Assembly: GCA_950097015.1 (NCBI GenBank)
Contig: CATNEN010000025.1
Coordinates: 9,176,001 to 9,240,000, forward strand
DNA length: 64,000 nt
Origin: Macrostomum hystrix
Lineage: Eukaryota > Animalia > Platyhelminthes
Direction of reading: 5' to 3'
The position numbers and the translations under genes were made by a program. How positions within the stretch are numbered: position 1 is the first letter of the stretch; each line of letters starts with the position of its first letter. Below are positions 1-14,300 of this stretch, piece by piece. Below the pieces are notes generated by a model. The model was not told the origin of the DNA and did no database searches. It saw only the letters and a list, made by a program, of their open reading frames with translations.

Positions 1-178
1 AATAATTAACGTCTGCTGGGACACTGCTTGCCAGAGGATCTTATGAGAGCACCCGTAAAACTGATGGCGCAGGTGGACTAGTGCTGGAGCAGCAGACAGT
101 TCTGCATTACCTTAATATTTGGCATATGTCGGAAAAATTATGAGAGTCATCGAAATTCCTCTTCGCTTTCTCGGAATC

Positions 179-3100
179 CACAGTATTCTATGGGAACTGT
201 ACTACTCACTCAAAATGCACCTATTATTCTATGGGAACTGTACTACTCACTCAAAATGAACCACGTATTCTATGGGAACTGTACTACTCACTCAAAATGC
301 ACCACGTATTCTATGGGAACTGTACTACTCACTCAAAATGCACCAATTATTCTATGGGAACTGTACTACTCACTCAAAATGCACCACGTATTCTATGGGA
401 ACTGTACTACTCACTCAAAAAGCACCACGTATTCTATGGGAACTGTACTACTCACTCAAAAAGCACCACGTATTCTATGGGAACTGTACTACTCACTCAA
501 AATGCACCAATTATTCTATGGGAACTGTACTACTCACTCAAAATGCACCACGTATTCTATGGGAACTGTACTACTCACTCAAAATGCACCACGTATTCTA
601 TGGGAACTGTACTACTCACTCAAAATGCACCAATTATTCTATGGGAACTGTACTACTCACTCAAAATGCACCACAGTATTCTATGGGAACTGTACTACTC
701 ACTCAAAAAGCACCACGTATTCTATGGGAACTGTACTACTCACTCAAAATGCACCAATTATTCTATGGGAACTGTACTACTCACTCAAAATGCACCACGT
801 ATTCTATGGGAACTGTACTACTCACTCAAAATGCACCACGTATTCTATGGGAACTGTACTACTCACTCAAAATGCACCACGTATTCTATGGGAACTGTAC
901 TACTCACTCAAAATGCACCAATTATTCTATGGGAACTGTACTACTCACTCAAAATGCACCACGTATTCTATGGGAACTGTACTACTCACTCAAAATGCAC
1001 CACAGTATTCCATGGGAACTGTACTACTCACTCAAAATGCACCACGTATTCTATGGGAACTGTACTACTCACTCAAAATGCACCAATTATTCTATGGGAA
1101 CTGTACTACTCACTCAAAATGCACCACGTATTCTATGGGAACTGTACTACTCACTCAAAAAGCACCACGTATTCTATGGGAACTGTACTACTCACTCAAA
1201 ATGCACCAATTATTCTATGGGAACTGTACTACTCACTCAAAATGCACCACGTATTCTATGGGAACTGTACTACTCACTTAAAATGCACCAATTATTCTAT
1301 GGGAACTGTACTACTCACTCAAAATGCACCACGTATTCTATGGGAACTGTACTACTCACTCAAAATGCACCACGTATTCTATGGGAACTGTACTACTCAC
1401 TCAAAAAGCACCACGTATTCTATGGGAACTGTACTACTCACTCAAAAAGCACCACGTATTCTATGGGAACTGTACTACTCACTCAAAAAGCACCACGTAT
1501 TCTATGGGAACTGTACTACTCACTCAAAATGCACCTATTATTCTATGGGAACTGTACTACTCACTCAAAATGCACCACAGTATTCTATGGGAACTGTACT
1601 ACTCACTCAAAATGCACCACGTATTCTATGGGAACTGTACTACTCACTCAAAATGCACCACGTATTCTATGGGAACTGTACTACTCACTCAAAAAGCACC
1701 ACGTATTCTATGGGAACTGTACTACTCACTCAAAAAGCACCACGTATTCTATGGGAACTGTACTACTCACTCAAAATGCACCACAGTATTCTATGGGAAC
1801 TGTACTACTCACTCAAAATGCACCAATTATTCTATGGGAACTGTACTACTCACTCAAAATGCACCACGTATTCTATGGGAACTGTACTACTCACTCAAAA
1901 TGCACCACGTATTCCATGGGAACTGTACTACTCACTCAAAAAAGCACCACGTATTCTATGGGAACTGTACTACTCACTCAAAATGCACCAATTATTCTAT
2001 GGGAACTGTACTACTCACTCAAAAGGCACCACGTATTCTATGGGAACTGTACTACTCACTCAAAATGCACCACGTATTCTATGGGAACTGTACTACTCAC
2101 TCAAAATGCACCACGTATTCTATGGGAACTGTACTACTCACTCAAAATGCACCAATTATTCTATGGGAACTGTACTACTCACTCAAAATGCACCACGTAT
2201 TCTATGGGAACTGTACTACTCACTCAAAATGCACCAATTATTCTATGGGAACTGTACTACTCACTCAAAATGCACCACGTATTCTTTGGGAACTGTACTA
2301 CTCACTCAAAATGCACCAATTATTCTATGGGAACTGTACTACTCACTCAAAATGCACCACGTATTCTATGGGAACTGTACTACTCACTCAAAATGCACCA
2401 CGTATTCTATGGGAACTGTACTACTCACTCAAAATGCACCAATTATTCTATGGGAACTGTACTACTCACTCAAAATACACCACGTATTCTATCGGAACTG
2501 TACTACTCACTCAAAATGCACCAATTATTCTATAGGAACTGTACTACTCACTCAAAATGCACCACGTATTCTATGAGAACTGTACTACTCACTCAAAATG
2601 CACCACGTATTCCATGGGAACTGTACTACTCACTCAAAATGCACCAATTATTCTATGGGAACTGTACTACTCACTCAAAAGGCACCACGTATTCTATGGG
2701 AACTGTACTACTCACTCAAAATGCACCACGTATTCTATGGGAACTGTACTACTCACTCAAAATGCACCTATTATTCTATGGGAACTGTACTACTCACCAA
2801 AATGCACCACGTATTCCATGGGAACTGTACTACTCACTCAAAATGCACCTATTATTCTATGGGAACTGTACTACTCACTCAAAATGCACCACGTATTCTA
2901 TGGGAACTGTACTACTCACTCAAAATGCACCTATTATTCTATGGGAACTGTACTACTCACTCAAAAGGCACCACGTATTCTATGGGAACTGTACTACTCA
3001 CTCAAAATGCACCACGTATTCTATGGGAACTGTACTACTCACTCAAAATGCACCAATTATTCTATGGGAACTGTACTACTCACTCAAAAGGCACCACGTA

Positions 3101-6100
3101 TTCTATGGGAACTGTACTACTCACTCAAAATGCACCACGTTTCTATGGGAACTGTACTACTCACTCAAAATGCACCTATTATTCTATGGGAACTGTACTA
3201 CTCACTCAAAATGCACCACGTATTCCATGGGAACTGTACTACTCACTCAAAATGCACCTATTATTCTATGGGAACTGTACTACTCACTCAAAATGCACCA
3301 CGTATTCTATGGGAACTGTACTACTCACTCAAAATGCACCACGTATTCTATGGGAACTGTACTACTCACTCAAAATGCACCTATTATTCTATGGGAACTG
3401 TACTACTCACTCAAAAGGCACCACGTATTCTATGGGAACTGTACTACTCACTCAAAATGCACCACGTATTCCATGGGAACTGTACTACTCACTCAAAATG
3501 CACCTATTATTCTATGGGAACTGTACTACTCACTCAAAATGCACCACGTATTCTATGGGAACTGTACTACTCACTCAAAATGCACCTATTATTCTATGGG
3601 AACTGTACTACTCACTCAAAAGGCACCACGTATTCCATGGGAACTGTACTACTCACTCAAAAGGCACCACGTATTCTATGGGAACTGTACTACTCACTCA
3701 AAATGCACCTATTATTCTATGGGAACTGTACTACTCACTCAAAATGCACCACGTATTCCATGGGAACTGTACTACTCACTCAAAATGCACCTATTATTCT
3801 ATGGGAACTGTACTACTCACTCAAAATGCACCACGTATTCTATGGGAACTGTACTACTCACTCAAAATGCACCTATTATTCTATGGGAACTGTACTACTC
3901 ACTCAAAAGGCAGCACGTATTCTATGGGAACTGTACTACTCACTCAAAATGCACCACGTATTCCATGGGAACTGTACTACTCACTCAAAATGCACCTATT
4001 ATTCTATGGGAACTGTACTACTCACTCAAAATGCACCACGTATTCTATGGGAACTGTACTACTCACTCAAAATGCACCACGTATTCCATGGGAACTGTAC
4101 TACTCACTCAAAAAGCACCACGTATTCTATGGGAACTGTACTACTCACTCAAAATGCACCAATTATTCTATGGGAACTGTACTACTCACTCAAAAGGCAC
4201 CACGTATTCTATGGGAACTGTACTACTCACTCAAAATGCACCACGTATTCTATGGGAACTGTACTACTCACTCAAAATGCACCTATTATTCTATGGGAAC
4301 TGTACTACTCACTCAAATGCACCACGTATTCTATGGGAACTGTACTACTCACTCAAAATGCACCTATTATTCTATGGGAACTGTACTACTCACTCAAAAT
4401 GCACCACGTATTCTATGGGAACTGTACTACTCACTCAAAAAGCACCACGTATTCCATGGGAACTGTACTACTCACTCAAAATGCACCTATTATTCTATGG
4501 GAACTGTACTACTCACTCAAAATGCACCACGTATTCTATGGGAACTGTACTACTCACTCAAAATGCACCTATTATTCTATGGGAACTGTACTACTCACTC
4601 AAAATGCACCACGTATTCTATGGGAACTGTACTACTCACTCAAAATGCACCACGTATTCCATGGGAACTGTACTACTCACTCAAAATGCACCACGTATTC
4701 TATGGGAACTGTACTACTCACTCAAAATGCACCAATTATTCTATGGGAACTGTACTACTCACTCAAAAGGCACCACGTATTCTATGGGAACTGTACTACT
4801 CACTCAAAATGCACCACGTATTCTATGGGAACTGTACTACTCACTCAAAATGCACCTATTATTCTATGGGAACTGTACTACTCACTCAAAATGCACCACG
4901 TATTCCATGGGAACTGTACTACTCACTCAAAATGCACCTATTATTCTATGGGAACTGTACTACTCACTCAAAATGCACCACGTATTCTATGGGAACTGTA
5001 CTACTCACTCAAAATGCACCTATTATTCTATGGGAACTGTACTACTCACTCAAAATGCACCACGTATTCTATGGGAACTGTACTACTCACTCAAAATGCA
5101 CCTATTATTCTATGGGAACTGTACTACTCACTCAAAATGCACCACGTATTCTATGGGAACTGTACTACTCACTCAAAATGCACCTATTATTCTATGGGAA
5201 CTGTACTACTCACTCAAAATGCACCACGTATTCTATGGGAACTGTACTACTCACTCAAAATGCACCTATTATTCTATGGGAACTGTACTACTCACTCAAA
5301 ATGCACCACGTATTCTATGGGAACTGTACTACTCACTCAAAATGCACCACGTATTCTATGGGAACTGTACTACTCACTCAAAATGCACCACGTATTCCAT
5401 GGGAACTGTACTACTCACTCAAAAAGCACCACGTATTCTATGGGAACTGTACTACTCACTCAAAATGCACCAATTATTCTATGGGAACTGTACTACTCAC
5501 TCAAAAGGCACCACGTATTCTATGGGAACTGTACTACTCACTCAAAATGCACCACGTATTCTATGGGAACTGTACTACTCACTCAAAATGCACCTATTAT
5601 TCTATGGGAACTGTACTACTCACTCAAAATGCACCACGTATTCCATGGGAACTGTACTACTCACTCAAAATGCACCTATTATTCTATGGGAACTGTACTA
5701 CTCACTCAAAATGCACCACGTATTCTATGGGAACTGTACTACTCACTCAAAATGCACCTATTATTCTATGGGAACTGTACTACTCACTCAAAATGCACCA
5801 CGTATTCCATGGGAACTGTACTACTCACTCAAAATGCACCTATTATTCTATGGGAACTGTACTACTCACTCAAAAAGCACCACGTATTCTATGGGAACTG
5901 TACTACTCACTCAAAAAGCACCACGTATTCTATGGGAACTGTACTACTCACTCAAAATGCACCAATTATTCTATGGGAACTGTACTACTCACTCAAAATG
6001 CACCACGTATTCTATGGGAACTGTACTACTCACTCAAAATGCACCACGTATTCTATGGGAACTGTACTACTCACTCAAAATGCACCAATTATTCTATGGG

Positions 6101-7165
6101 AACTGTACTACTCACTCAAAAGGCACCACGTATTCTATGGGAACTGTACTACTCACTCAAAATGCACCACGTATTCTATGGGAACTGTACTACTCACTCA
6201 AAATGCACCTATTATTCTATGGGAACTGTACTACTCACTCAAAATGCACCACGTATTCCATGGGAACTGTACTACTCACTCAAAATGCACCTATTATTCT
6301 ATGGGAACTGTACTACTCACTCAAAATGCACCACGTATTCTATGGGAACTGTACTACTCACTCAAAATGCACCTATTATTCTATGGGAACTGTACTACTC
6401 ACTCAAAAGGCACCACGTATTCTATGGGAACTGTACTACTCACTCAAAATGCACCACGTATTCCATGGGAACTGTACTACTCACTCAAAATGCACCTATT
6501 ATTCTATGGGAACTGTACTACTCACTCAAAATGCACCACGTATTCTATGGGAACTGTACTACTCACTCAAAAAGCACCACGTATTCTATGGGAACTGTAC
6601 TACTCACTCAAAATGCACCACGTATTCTATGGGAACTGTACTACTCACTCAAAATGCACCACGTATTCTATGGGAACTGTACTACTCACTCAAAATGCAC
6701 CTATTATTCTATGGGAACTGTACTACTCACTCAAAATGCACCACGTATTCTATGGGAACTGTACTACTCACTCAAAATGCACCTATTATTCTATGGGAAC
6801 TGTACTACTCACTCAAAAGGCACCACGTATTCTATGGGAACTGTACTACTCACTCAAAATGCACCACGTATTCTATGGGAACTGTACTACTCACTCAAAA
6901 TGCACCACGTATTCTATGGGAACTGTACTACTCACTCAAAATGCACCTATTATTCTATGGGAACTGTACTACTCACTCAAAAGGCACCACGTATTCTATG
7001 GGAACTGTACTACTCACTCAAAATGCACCACGTATTCTATGGGAACTGTACTACTCACTCAAAATGCACCTATTATTCTATGGGAACTGTACTACTCACT
7101 CAAAATGCACCAATTATTCTATGGGAACTGTACTACTCACTCAAAATGCACCACGTATTCTTTGG
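179..7165. repeat. 41-bp minisatellite, about 170 copies (ATGGGAACTGTACTACTCACTCAAAATGCACCACGTATTCT)
   Basis: Direct periodicity: ORF starts at 190/231/272 are 41 bp apart. Unit variants are CCACGT/CCAATT/CCTATT and AAAATG/AAAAAG/AAAAGG. Confidence 0.98.
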
Positions 7166-7230
7166 AATTAAACTTGTCTAGTTTGCTTCTTACACGCATA
7201 AACCAGGTGACCTATAATAATACTCGTAAC

Positions 7231-7562
7231 TGCAGGAGGGCTGCGGGCAATGCCACATCATTTGGTGACACTATATTTGCAGCCAGCGAGGAGGCAATTC
7301 TGCCCATTTCGCTGACTCCTGAGCACACAGGCACACAGATACTGCATGCAGGCACACGCTCACACAGGTGTGTACATCTGCCCTGACTTTCTCATCGTCA
7401 GGCAGTGTACACTCTCACAATGCCTTGGCGGTTGGCCTTCGAGGGCATCAATTGCTCCCAAGCTTTCTTTCCGCGGCTCAAAACGAATATGGCCTCGCCG
7501 CGGAATCGAGCTCAGGGACGTTGGTGCGAGAGGCAAACGCGTTAACCGTTCTGCCACTACCT
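7231..7562 (-). mobile_element. tRNA-derived SINE family 1, near full-length copy
   Basis: Minus-strand head GTAGTGGCAGAACGGTTAACGCGTTTGCCTCTCGCACCAACGTCCCTGAGCTCGATTCC has Pol III A- and B-box-like motifs. Body is shared with 9 other copies or fragments in the window. Confidence 0.85.
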
Positions 7563-8371
7563 CGACGTAACTGTTTCGCAGTGATCTTTGTGTTATTGAC
7601 AAATATCTTTGTCACTATTATATTACATTATTTAACTTCCAATTTACTAAAATACTCGTAAATGTTTTATACCCGCCACTGACAAATTGTTGTTAGAAGG
7701 GCAGCAGCTTGACTTACTCTGAAATACATGCACTCAATGCGCTGGGCTGGTGGGGTAAGTCATTGACTGTGAGCTGCCACACTCACAAAGCACAGACAAG
7801 TGGCAGCCAATTTGGGGCATAGATGCTTGCAGACGCAATGCATAAATAATCATAATTCTCGCAGTCAGAGAGAGAATCCTAAAACTGGTTCCCCTAAATC
7901 CACCCCATCACAATCTGGCCATCCGACCAAAAATGCAGTTTTTTTATTCCCGATGCCACACAGAAGGTCGGATGCCGACCGCCCCCCACAGGCTTGAACT
8001 ATTGGAAGGAGAGCCTGGCCTGGCTAGCGGAGTGGGAGAGGTTGGGGCGGATAAGAGAGGGAGAGAATCCCCTAGAGTACGGGCTTAGACTAGCAATCCC
8101 GCCAATGAGGTACTTGAGCAGCTGCGGCAGCCACCCCGAGCCGCTACCCTCAGATCCTCACCTTAGCGCAGGCCAGGGGCTGAGGGTGCTGCGGCCAGGC
8201 AAAATGAAGCAAAACGGAGGGGGGCGGGGCATTGTGGCTGAATTTAAATATCTGGCTACTGAAATAATTGCAATTCTTCGAATTCTCGGAAGCCGCCAAT
8301 AATCTTCTTAGAGTCGGCACATCCCGGCACATCCCGGCACTGACTGACAGTGATTAGTTAAACAGAAAGAC

Positions 8372-11300
8372 ATGTCAGCTACTCAGGCAGCGTTTGCAGG
8401 TGTGCTGATCTGCCTTTCCAGTGTCATCCGTGGAGTGCTGCCTGTCAGCGTCACCCTCAACGATGCCGAGTGAGTACACAGTGAGAGCCATGAGCTGACT
8501 AATTAATCTGAAGCATACTCTGCGCTAACAATCTGGAACTCAAGCTTGCCTTGAGAGGCGAGACAATTCTGCTCATTCCGCTGACTCCTGAGCACACACG
8601 CACACAGATGTGTACATCTGCCTTCTCCTTGACTTCTCCTTGTCAGGCCGTGTACATTTTCACAGTGCCTTAGGGTTTGGCCCTCAAGGGCATAAATTGC
8701 ACGACATGCCACCAAGCCTTCATTCAGCGGCTGAACCCCAAATGAATGTGGTCTCGCCACAGAATTGAGCTCAGGGACCTTGGTGCGAGAGAAAACGCGT
8801 TAACGGTTCTGCCACTCACCCCAGAATCTTGGCTAGAGCCGTAGCTAGAATCGAAGCAGGAGCCGTAGCTAGAATCGAAGCAGGAGCCGTAGCAAGAATC
8901 GAAGCTGGAGCCGTAGCTAGAATCGAAGCAGGAGCCGTAGCTAGAATCTAGAGCCATAGCTAGAATCACAGCTAGAGCCATAGCTAGAATCTAGAGCCAT
9001 AGCTAGAATCACAGCTAGAGCCGTAGCTAGAATCTAGAGCCATAGCTAGAATCACAGCTAGAGCCATAGCTAGAATCACAGCTATAGCCTTAGCTAGAAT
9101 CGCAGCTAGAGCCGTAGCTAGAATCGCAACTAGAATCGCAGCTAGAGACCATAGCTAGAATCGCAGCTAGAGACAATAGCTAGAATCGCAGCTAGAGACC
9201 ATAGCTAGAATCGCAGCTAGAGCCATAGCTAGAATCGCAGCAGAAGCCGTAGCTAGAACCGCAGCTGGAGCCGTAGCTAGAACCGCAGCAGGAGCCGTAG
9301 CAAGAATCGCAGCTAGAACCATAGCAAGAATCGCAGCTAGAGACCATAGCTAGAATCGCAGCTAGAGCCATAGATAGAATCGCAGCAGAAGCCGTAGCTA
9401 GAATCGCAGCTAGAGCCATAGCTAGAATCGCAGCTAGAATCGCAGCTAGAGACCATAGCTAGAATCGCAGCTAGAGCCATAGCTAGAATCGCAGCTAGAG
9501 CCATAGCTAGAATCGCAGCTAGAGCCATAGCTAGAATCGCAGCTAGAGCCATAGCTAGAATCGCAGCTAGAGCCATAGCTAGAATCGCAGGAGGAGCCTT
9601 AGCTAGAATCGCAGCTAGAGCCATAGCTAGAATCGCAGCTAGAGCCATAGCTAGAATCGCAGCTAGAGCCATAGCTAGAATCGCAGCTAGAGCCATAGCT
9701 AGAATCGCAGGAGGAGCCTTAGCTAGAATCGCAGCTAGAGCCATAGCTTGAAACGCAGCTAGAGCCATAGCTAGAATCGCAGCTAGAGCCATAGCTAGAA
9801 CCGCAGCTAGAGCCATAGCTAGAATCGCAGCTAGAGCCGTAGCTAGAATCGCAGCTAGAGACCATAGCTAAAATCGCAGCTAAAGCCGGAGCTAGAATCG
9901 AAGCTAGAATTGCAGCTAGAGACCATAGCAAGAATCGTAGCTAGAGACCATAGCTAGAATCGTAGCTAGAGACCATAGCTAGAATCGCAGCTAGAATCGT
10001 AGCTAGAGACCATAGCTAGAATCGCAGCTAGAATCGCAGCTAGAGACCAAAGCTAAAATCGCAGCTAGAGCCATAGCTAGAACCGCAGCAGGAGCCATAG
10101 CTAGAAACGCAGCTAGAGCCATAGCTAGAATCGCAGCTAGAGCCGTAGCTAGAATCGCAGCTAGAATCGCAGCTGGAGTTTTCCTAATTACTCGCAATGC
10201 ACTTTACCTAGCTGAATTTGTAACCATAAAGGCGCTAAAAACATTTCAGTATTGACCTGTGGGTGAGCCAGCTCTCAACGGATCTGACTAAATTTCGAAC
10301 TAGTCTTGGAGCTAAGCAAGTTGAAGATGTAAGTGTGAACTATGATTTATTTATCATTTATCGATGATAAACAGAAACTTTTAGTTTCCCTTTTCGGCTG
10401 AGAATCGAACTAACGACCTGTCGATCGAGGGCGAAAAGTTTCCTTTTATTTACTGGAACCCAAAAAGCATCTAAATAGAGAATCAACACAGCGGATGCAG
10501 CTGCGGTGTTGCTTGAAGGCTTCTAGTGGTAAAAATAAATTTCTTTTTTGGTCCAACTATAGGAGGACAACAACGCCGGATAGAGCGTGTATTGAAGAGC
10601 GCGTTAGAGAAGCCATCGATTGCAGGAAATGCGAACGCAGCCTCGCCCCTCTGCCTCACTCCCTCGTCATTTTAGTTTAGTCCCGGCTCGGGGTTAAGCA
10701 TTCCGCGAGAGCACCCTATAATTTCTGAACTCGCCGCGCCGCAATCAATCGATTTTCGAGGCCTCGCATCGCCCTCCCCCCTCCCCTGAGGCTGGGCCTT
10801 CCGCTCCTTCACCCTCTCTTAACCCTCAGTCTCTCCCTCATTGCTACACAATAACCCAAACCGCCAGATCTCATTTTATTATTGATAATGAGGCCGTGTG
10901 ATTGGCTTTGCGTAAAAGTGTCTTGTGTAATTTAGCAACAGTGGCGACTTACTAAATTAGTTCTTTCAGCTTATCAACTCGCGTTTTCTGTCTATCTTGT
11001 TATCTCTATCTGTCTATCCAGTCTTATATCTATCTACCAATCCTGTTTTCTCTATCTGTCTATCCTGTGTTATCTCTGTCTGTCTATCCAGTGTTATCTC
11101 TGTCTGTCTATCCAGTGTTATCTCTGTCTGTCTATCCAGTGCTATCTCTGTCTGTCTATCCAGTGTTATCTCTGTCTGTCTATCCAGTGTTATCTCTGTC
11201 TGTCTATCCTGTGTTATCTCTGTCTGTCTATCCTGTGTTATCTCTGTCTGTCTATCCAGTGTTATCTCTATCTGTCTATCCAGTGTTATCTCTGTCTGTC

Positions 11301-14300
11301 TATCCTGTGTTATCTCTGTCTGTCTATCCTGTGTTATCTCCGTCTGTCTATCCTGTGTTATCTAACGAAAGCTATCCTGTGTTATCTCTGTCTGTCTATC
11401 CTGTGTTATACAACTTACGAGATACTCGTATTTTAGAAGACTCCAAGTGGATCTACAATTTAGAATGGGGCAAATGAAATCTAGCTTAAAGTGCCGTGAT
11501 TTTAAGTAATTCTACTTATCTAATCCAAACTCAACTTCCACTTTTAAATAATTAAAACGCTTTCTGGCTGTCAAACTAAATGAAATTCAGGCATTTCAAT
11601 CTAACGGCTTAGCGCCCAGCGGCCTAGCGGAAGGCGAGGCCAGCGAGTTGTTGCAAACGGTGCGAGCTCGCCTGCAGAACCTGCTGTGGAAGAGCGAGAA
11701 CAATGTCAAGGTGAGACTGCGTGACCGAATTGCGGTTCGGGATGGCCTGATTGCAGGACCAAACTGCAGTTGGGAATGGCCTGATTGCAGGACCAAACTG
11801 CAGTTGGGAATGGCCTGATTGAAGGACCAAACTGCAGTTGGGAATGGCCTGATTGCAGGACCAAACTGCAGTTGGGAATGGCCTGATTGCAGGACCAAAC
11901 TGCAGTTGGGATTGGCTTGATTGCAGGACCAAACTGCAGTTGGGAATGGCTTGACTGCAGGACCAAACTGCAGTTGGGATTGGCTTGATTGCAGGACCAA
12001 ACTGCAGTTGGGAATGGCCTGATTGCAGGACCAAACTGCAGTTGGGAATGGCTTGATTGCAGGACCAAACTGCAGTTGGGAATGGCCTGATTGCAGGACC
12101 AAACTGCAGTTGGGATTGGCTTGATTGCAGGACCAAACTGCAGTTGGGAATGGCTTGACTGCAGGACCAAACTGCAGTTGGGATTGGCTTGATTGCAGGA
12201 CCAAACTGCAGTTGGGAATGGCCTGATTGCAGGACCAAACTGCAGTTGGGAATGGCTTGACTGCAGGACCAAACTGCAGTTGGGATTGGCTTGATTGCAG
12301 GACCAAACTGCAGTTGGGAATGGCCGGATTGCAGGACCAAACTGCAGTTGGGAATGGCCTGATTGCAGGACCAAACTGCAGTTGGGAATGGCCGGATTGC
12401 AGGACCAAACTGCAGTTGGGATTGGCTTGATTGCAGGACCAAACTGCAGTTGGGAATGGCCTGATTGCAGGACCAAACTGCAGTTTGGAATGGCCTGATT
12501 GCAGGACCAAACTGCAGTTGGGAATGGACTGATTGCAGGACCAAACTGCAGTTGGGAATGGCCTGATTGCAGGACCAAACTGCAGTTGGGAATGGCCTGA
12601 TTGCAGGACCAAACTGCAGTTGGGAATGGCCTGATTGCAGGACCAAACTGCAGTTGGGAATGGCCTGATTGAAGGACCAAACTGCAGTTGGGAATGGCCT
12701 GATTGCAGGTCCAAACTGCAGTTGGGAATGGCCTGATGCAGGACTAAACTGCAGTTCGGAATGGCCTGATTGCAGGACCAAACTGCAGTTGGGAATGGCC
12801 TGATTGAAGGACCAAACTGCAGTTGGGAATGGCCTGATTGCAGGACCATAACATACCTAGATTTTACCATAAAACTTGAAGCCATAATTGGGATTGGGAA
12901 TTGCAGAATATTCGCATCCAGGCGGAGAAGTCGTTCGCGAGCTACTCGCCACAGAATTATTCGGTGAGTTGCTGCTTTCGTATTTAACTTCTTTCTGGCG
13001 TTTTGCTTTGCCTTCTTGATTCAGTTACCTTGTTGCAACCGTATTTGCCATTTGACCGTAATGCCTAAAAATATCGAATGTCAAAAGAGTAATGAGCAAG
13101 CTATGAATGACCATATAGGGAAAGATCGATCAACGTATGATCAGAAGGGTAATGATCGATCTATGTGTGACTAGACTGGTAATGATCGATCTATGCATGA
13201 CTAGAGTGGTAATGATCGATCTATGCATGACTAGAGTGGTAATGATCGATCTATGCATGACTAGAGTGGTAATGATCGATCTATGGATGACTAGAGTGGT
13301 AATGATCGATCTATGGATGACTAGAGTGGTAATGATCGATCTATGCATGACTAGAGTGGTAATGATCGATCTATGCATGACTAGAGTGGTAATGATCGAT
13401 CTATGGATGACTAGAGTGGTAATGATCGATCTATGGATGACTAGAGTCGTAATGCTCGATCTATGGATGACTAGAGTGGTAATGCTCGATCTATGGATGA
13501 CTAGAGTGGTAATGATCGATCTATGCATGACTAGAGTGGTAATGATCGATCTATGCATGACTAGAGTGGTAATGATCGATCTATGCATGACTAGAGTGGT
13601 AATGATCGATCTATGCATGACTAGAGTGGTAATGATCGATCTATGCATGACTAGAGTGGTAATGATCGATCTATGCATGACTAGAGTGGTAATGATCGAT
13701 CTATGGATGACTAGAGTGGTAATGATCGATCTATGGATGACTAGAGTGGTAATGATCGATCTATGGATGACTAGAGTGGTAATGATCGATCTGCATATGA
13801 TCAAAACGTTCAAAACGTAAAGTTTATTTTTACATAGGTAATGATCTTAATCTTAATGACCAGAAGTACAATGGTCGAACTATGAATGAATAGAAGGGTT
13901 TTGATGTATATTTGGCATGACCAGAGCAGTGTACCGTATTTTTCTGTTTTGCTACAGAATTTAGAAGGCTGGTTGATTTTTCTGAAAATTTCCGAACCGG
14001 CAAAAGTTTATGTAGCAGTTCGGTGGCTATTAAAAGTTCACTGAAGATCAATAACACAAAATGATTTATGTAAGCCTTTGACTTTGAAGTAGGCTCAAGT
14101 GATTGATGAATTGGCAATTCGATTGATGCCTTAAACTAACATTGAGAAATGATTACAATGTCTAGAGGATTACGGATATAATTTTGAGGAAGCAATGCGT
14201 CACTAAAACATTCAGAGCACATAGAAAACATAAGCGAAACCAAAAATACGAGCTTTCTAAAGGCTTACCAAAATCCAACGCTTCAAAAGGCTGTGTACAA

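Noticed and set aside
190-7386. Giant ORFs (up to 2299 aa) in all three + frames
   Set aside because: A stop-free 41-bp unit gives the same 41-aa cycle in every frame. The same artefact explains the ORFs over the other arrays.
7490-7562. tRNA genes at SINE heads
   Set aside because: A/B boxes are present but there is no complete cloverleaf or acceptor stem, and each head runs into a shared SINE body.
10390-10435. tRNA T-arm-like remnant (GTTCGATTC on the minus strand)
   Set aside because: Too short; no A-box or recognisable SINE body.
11742-12848. CRISPR-like palindromic 34-bp repeat (also the 30-bp and 41-bp palindromic units)
   Set aside because: No unique spacers, no cas genes, eukaryotic intron context.
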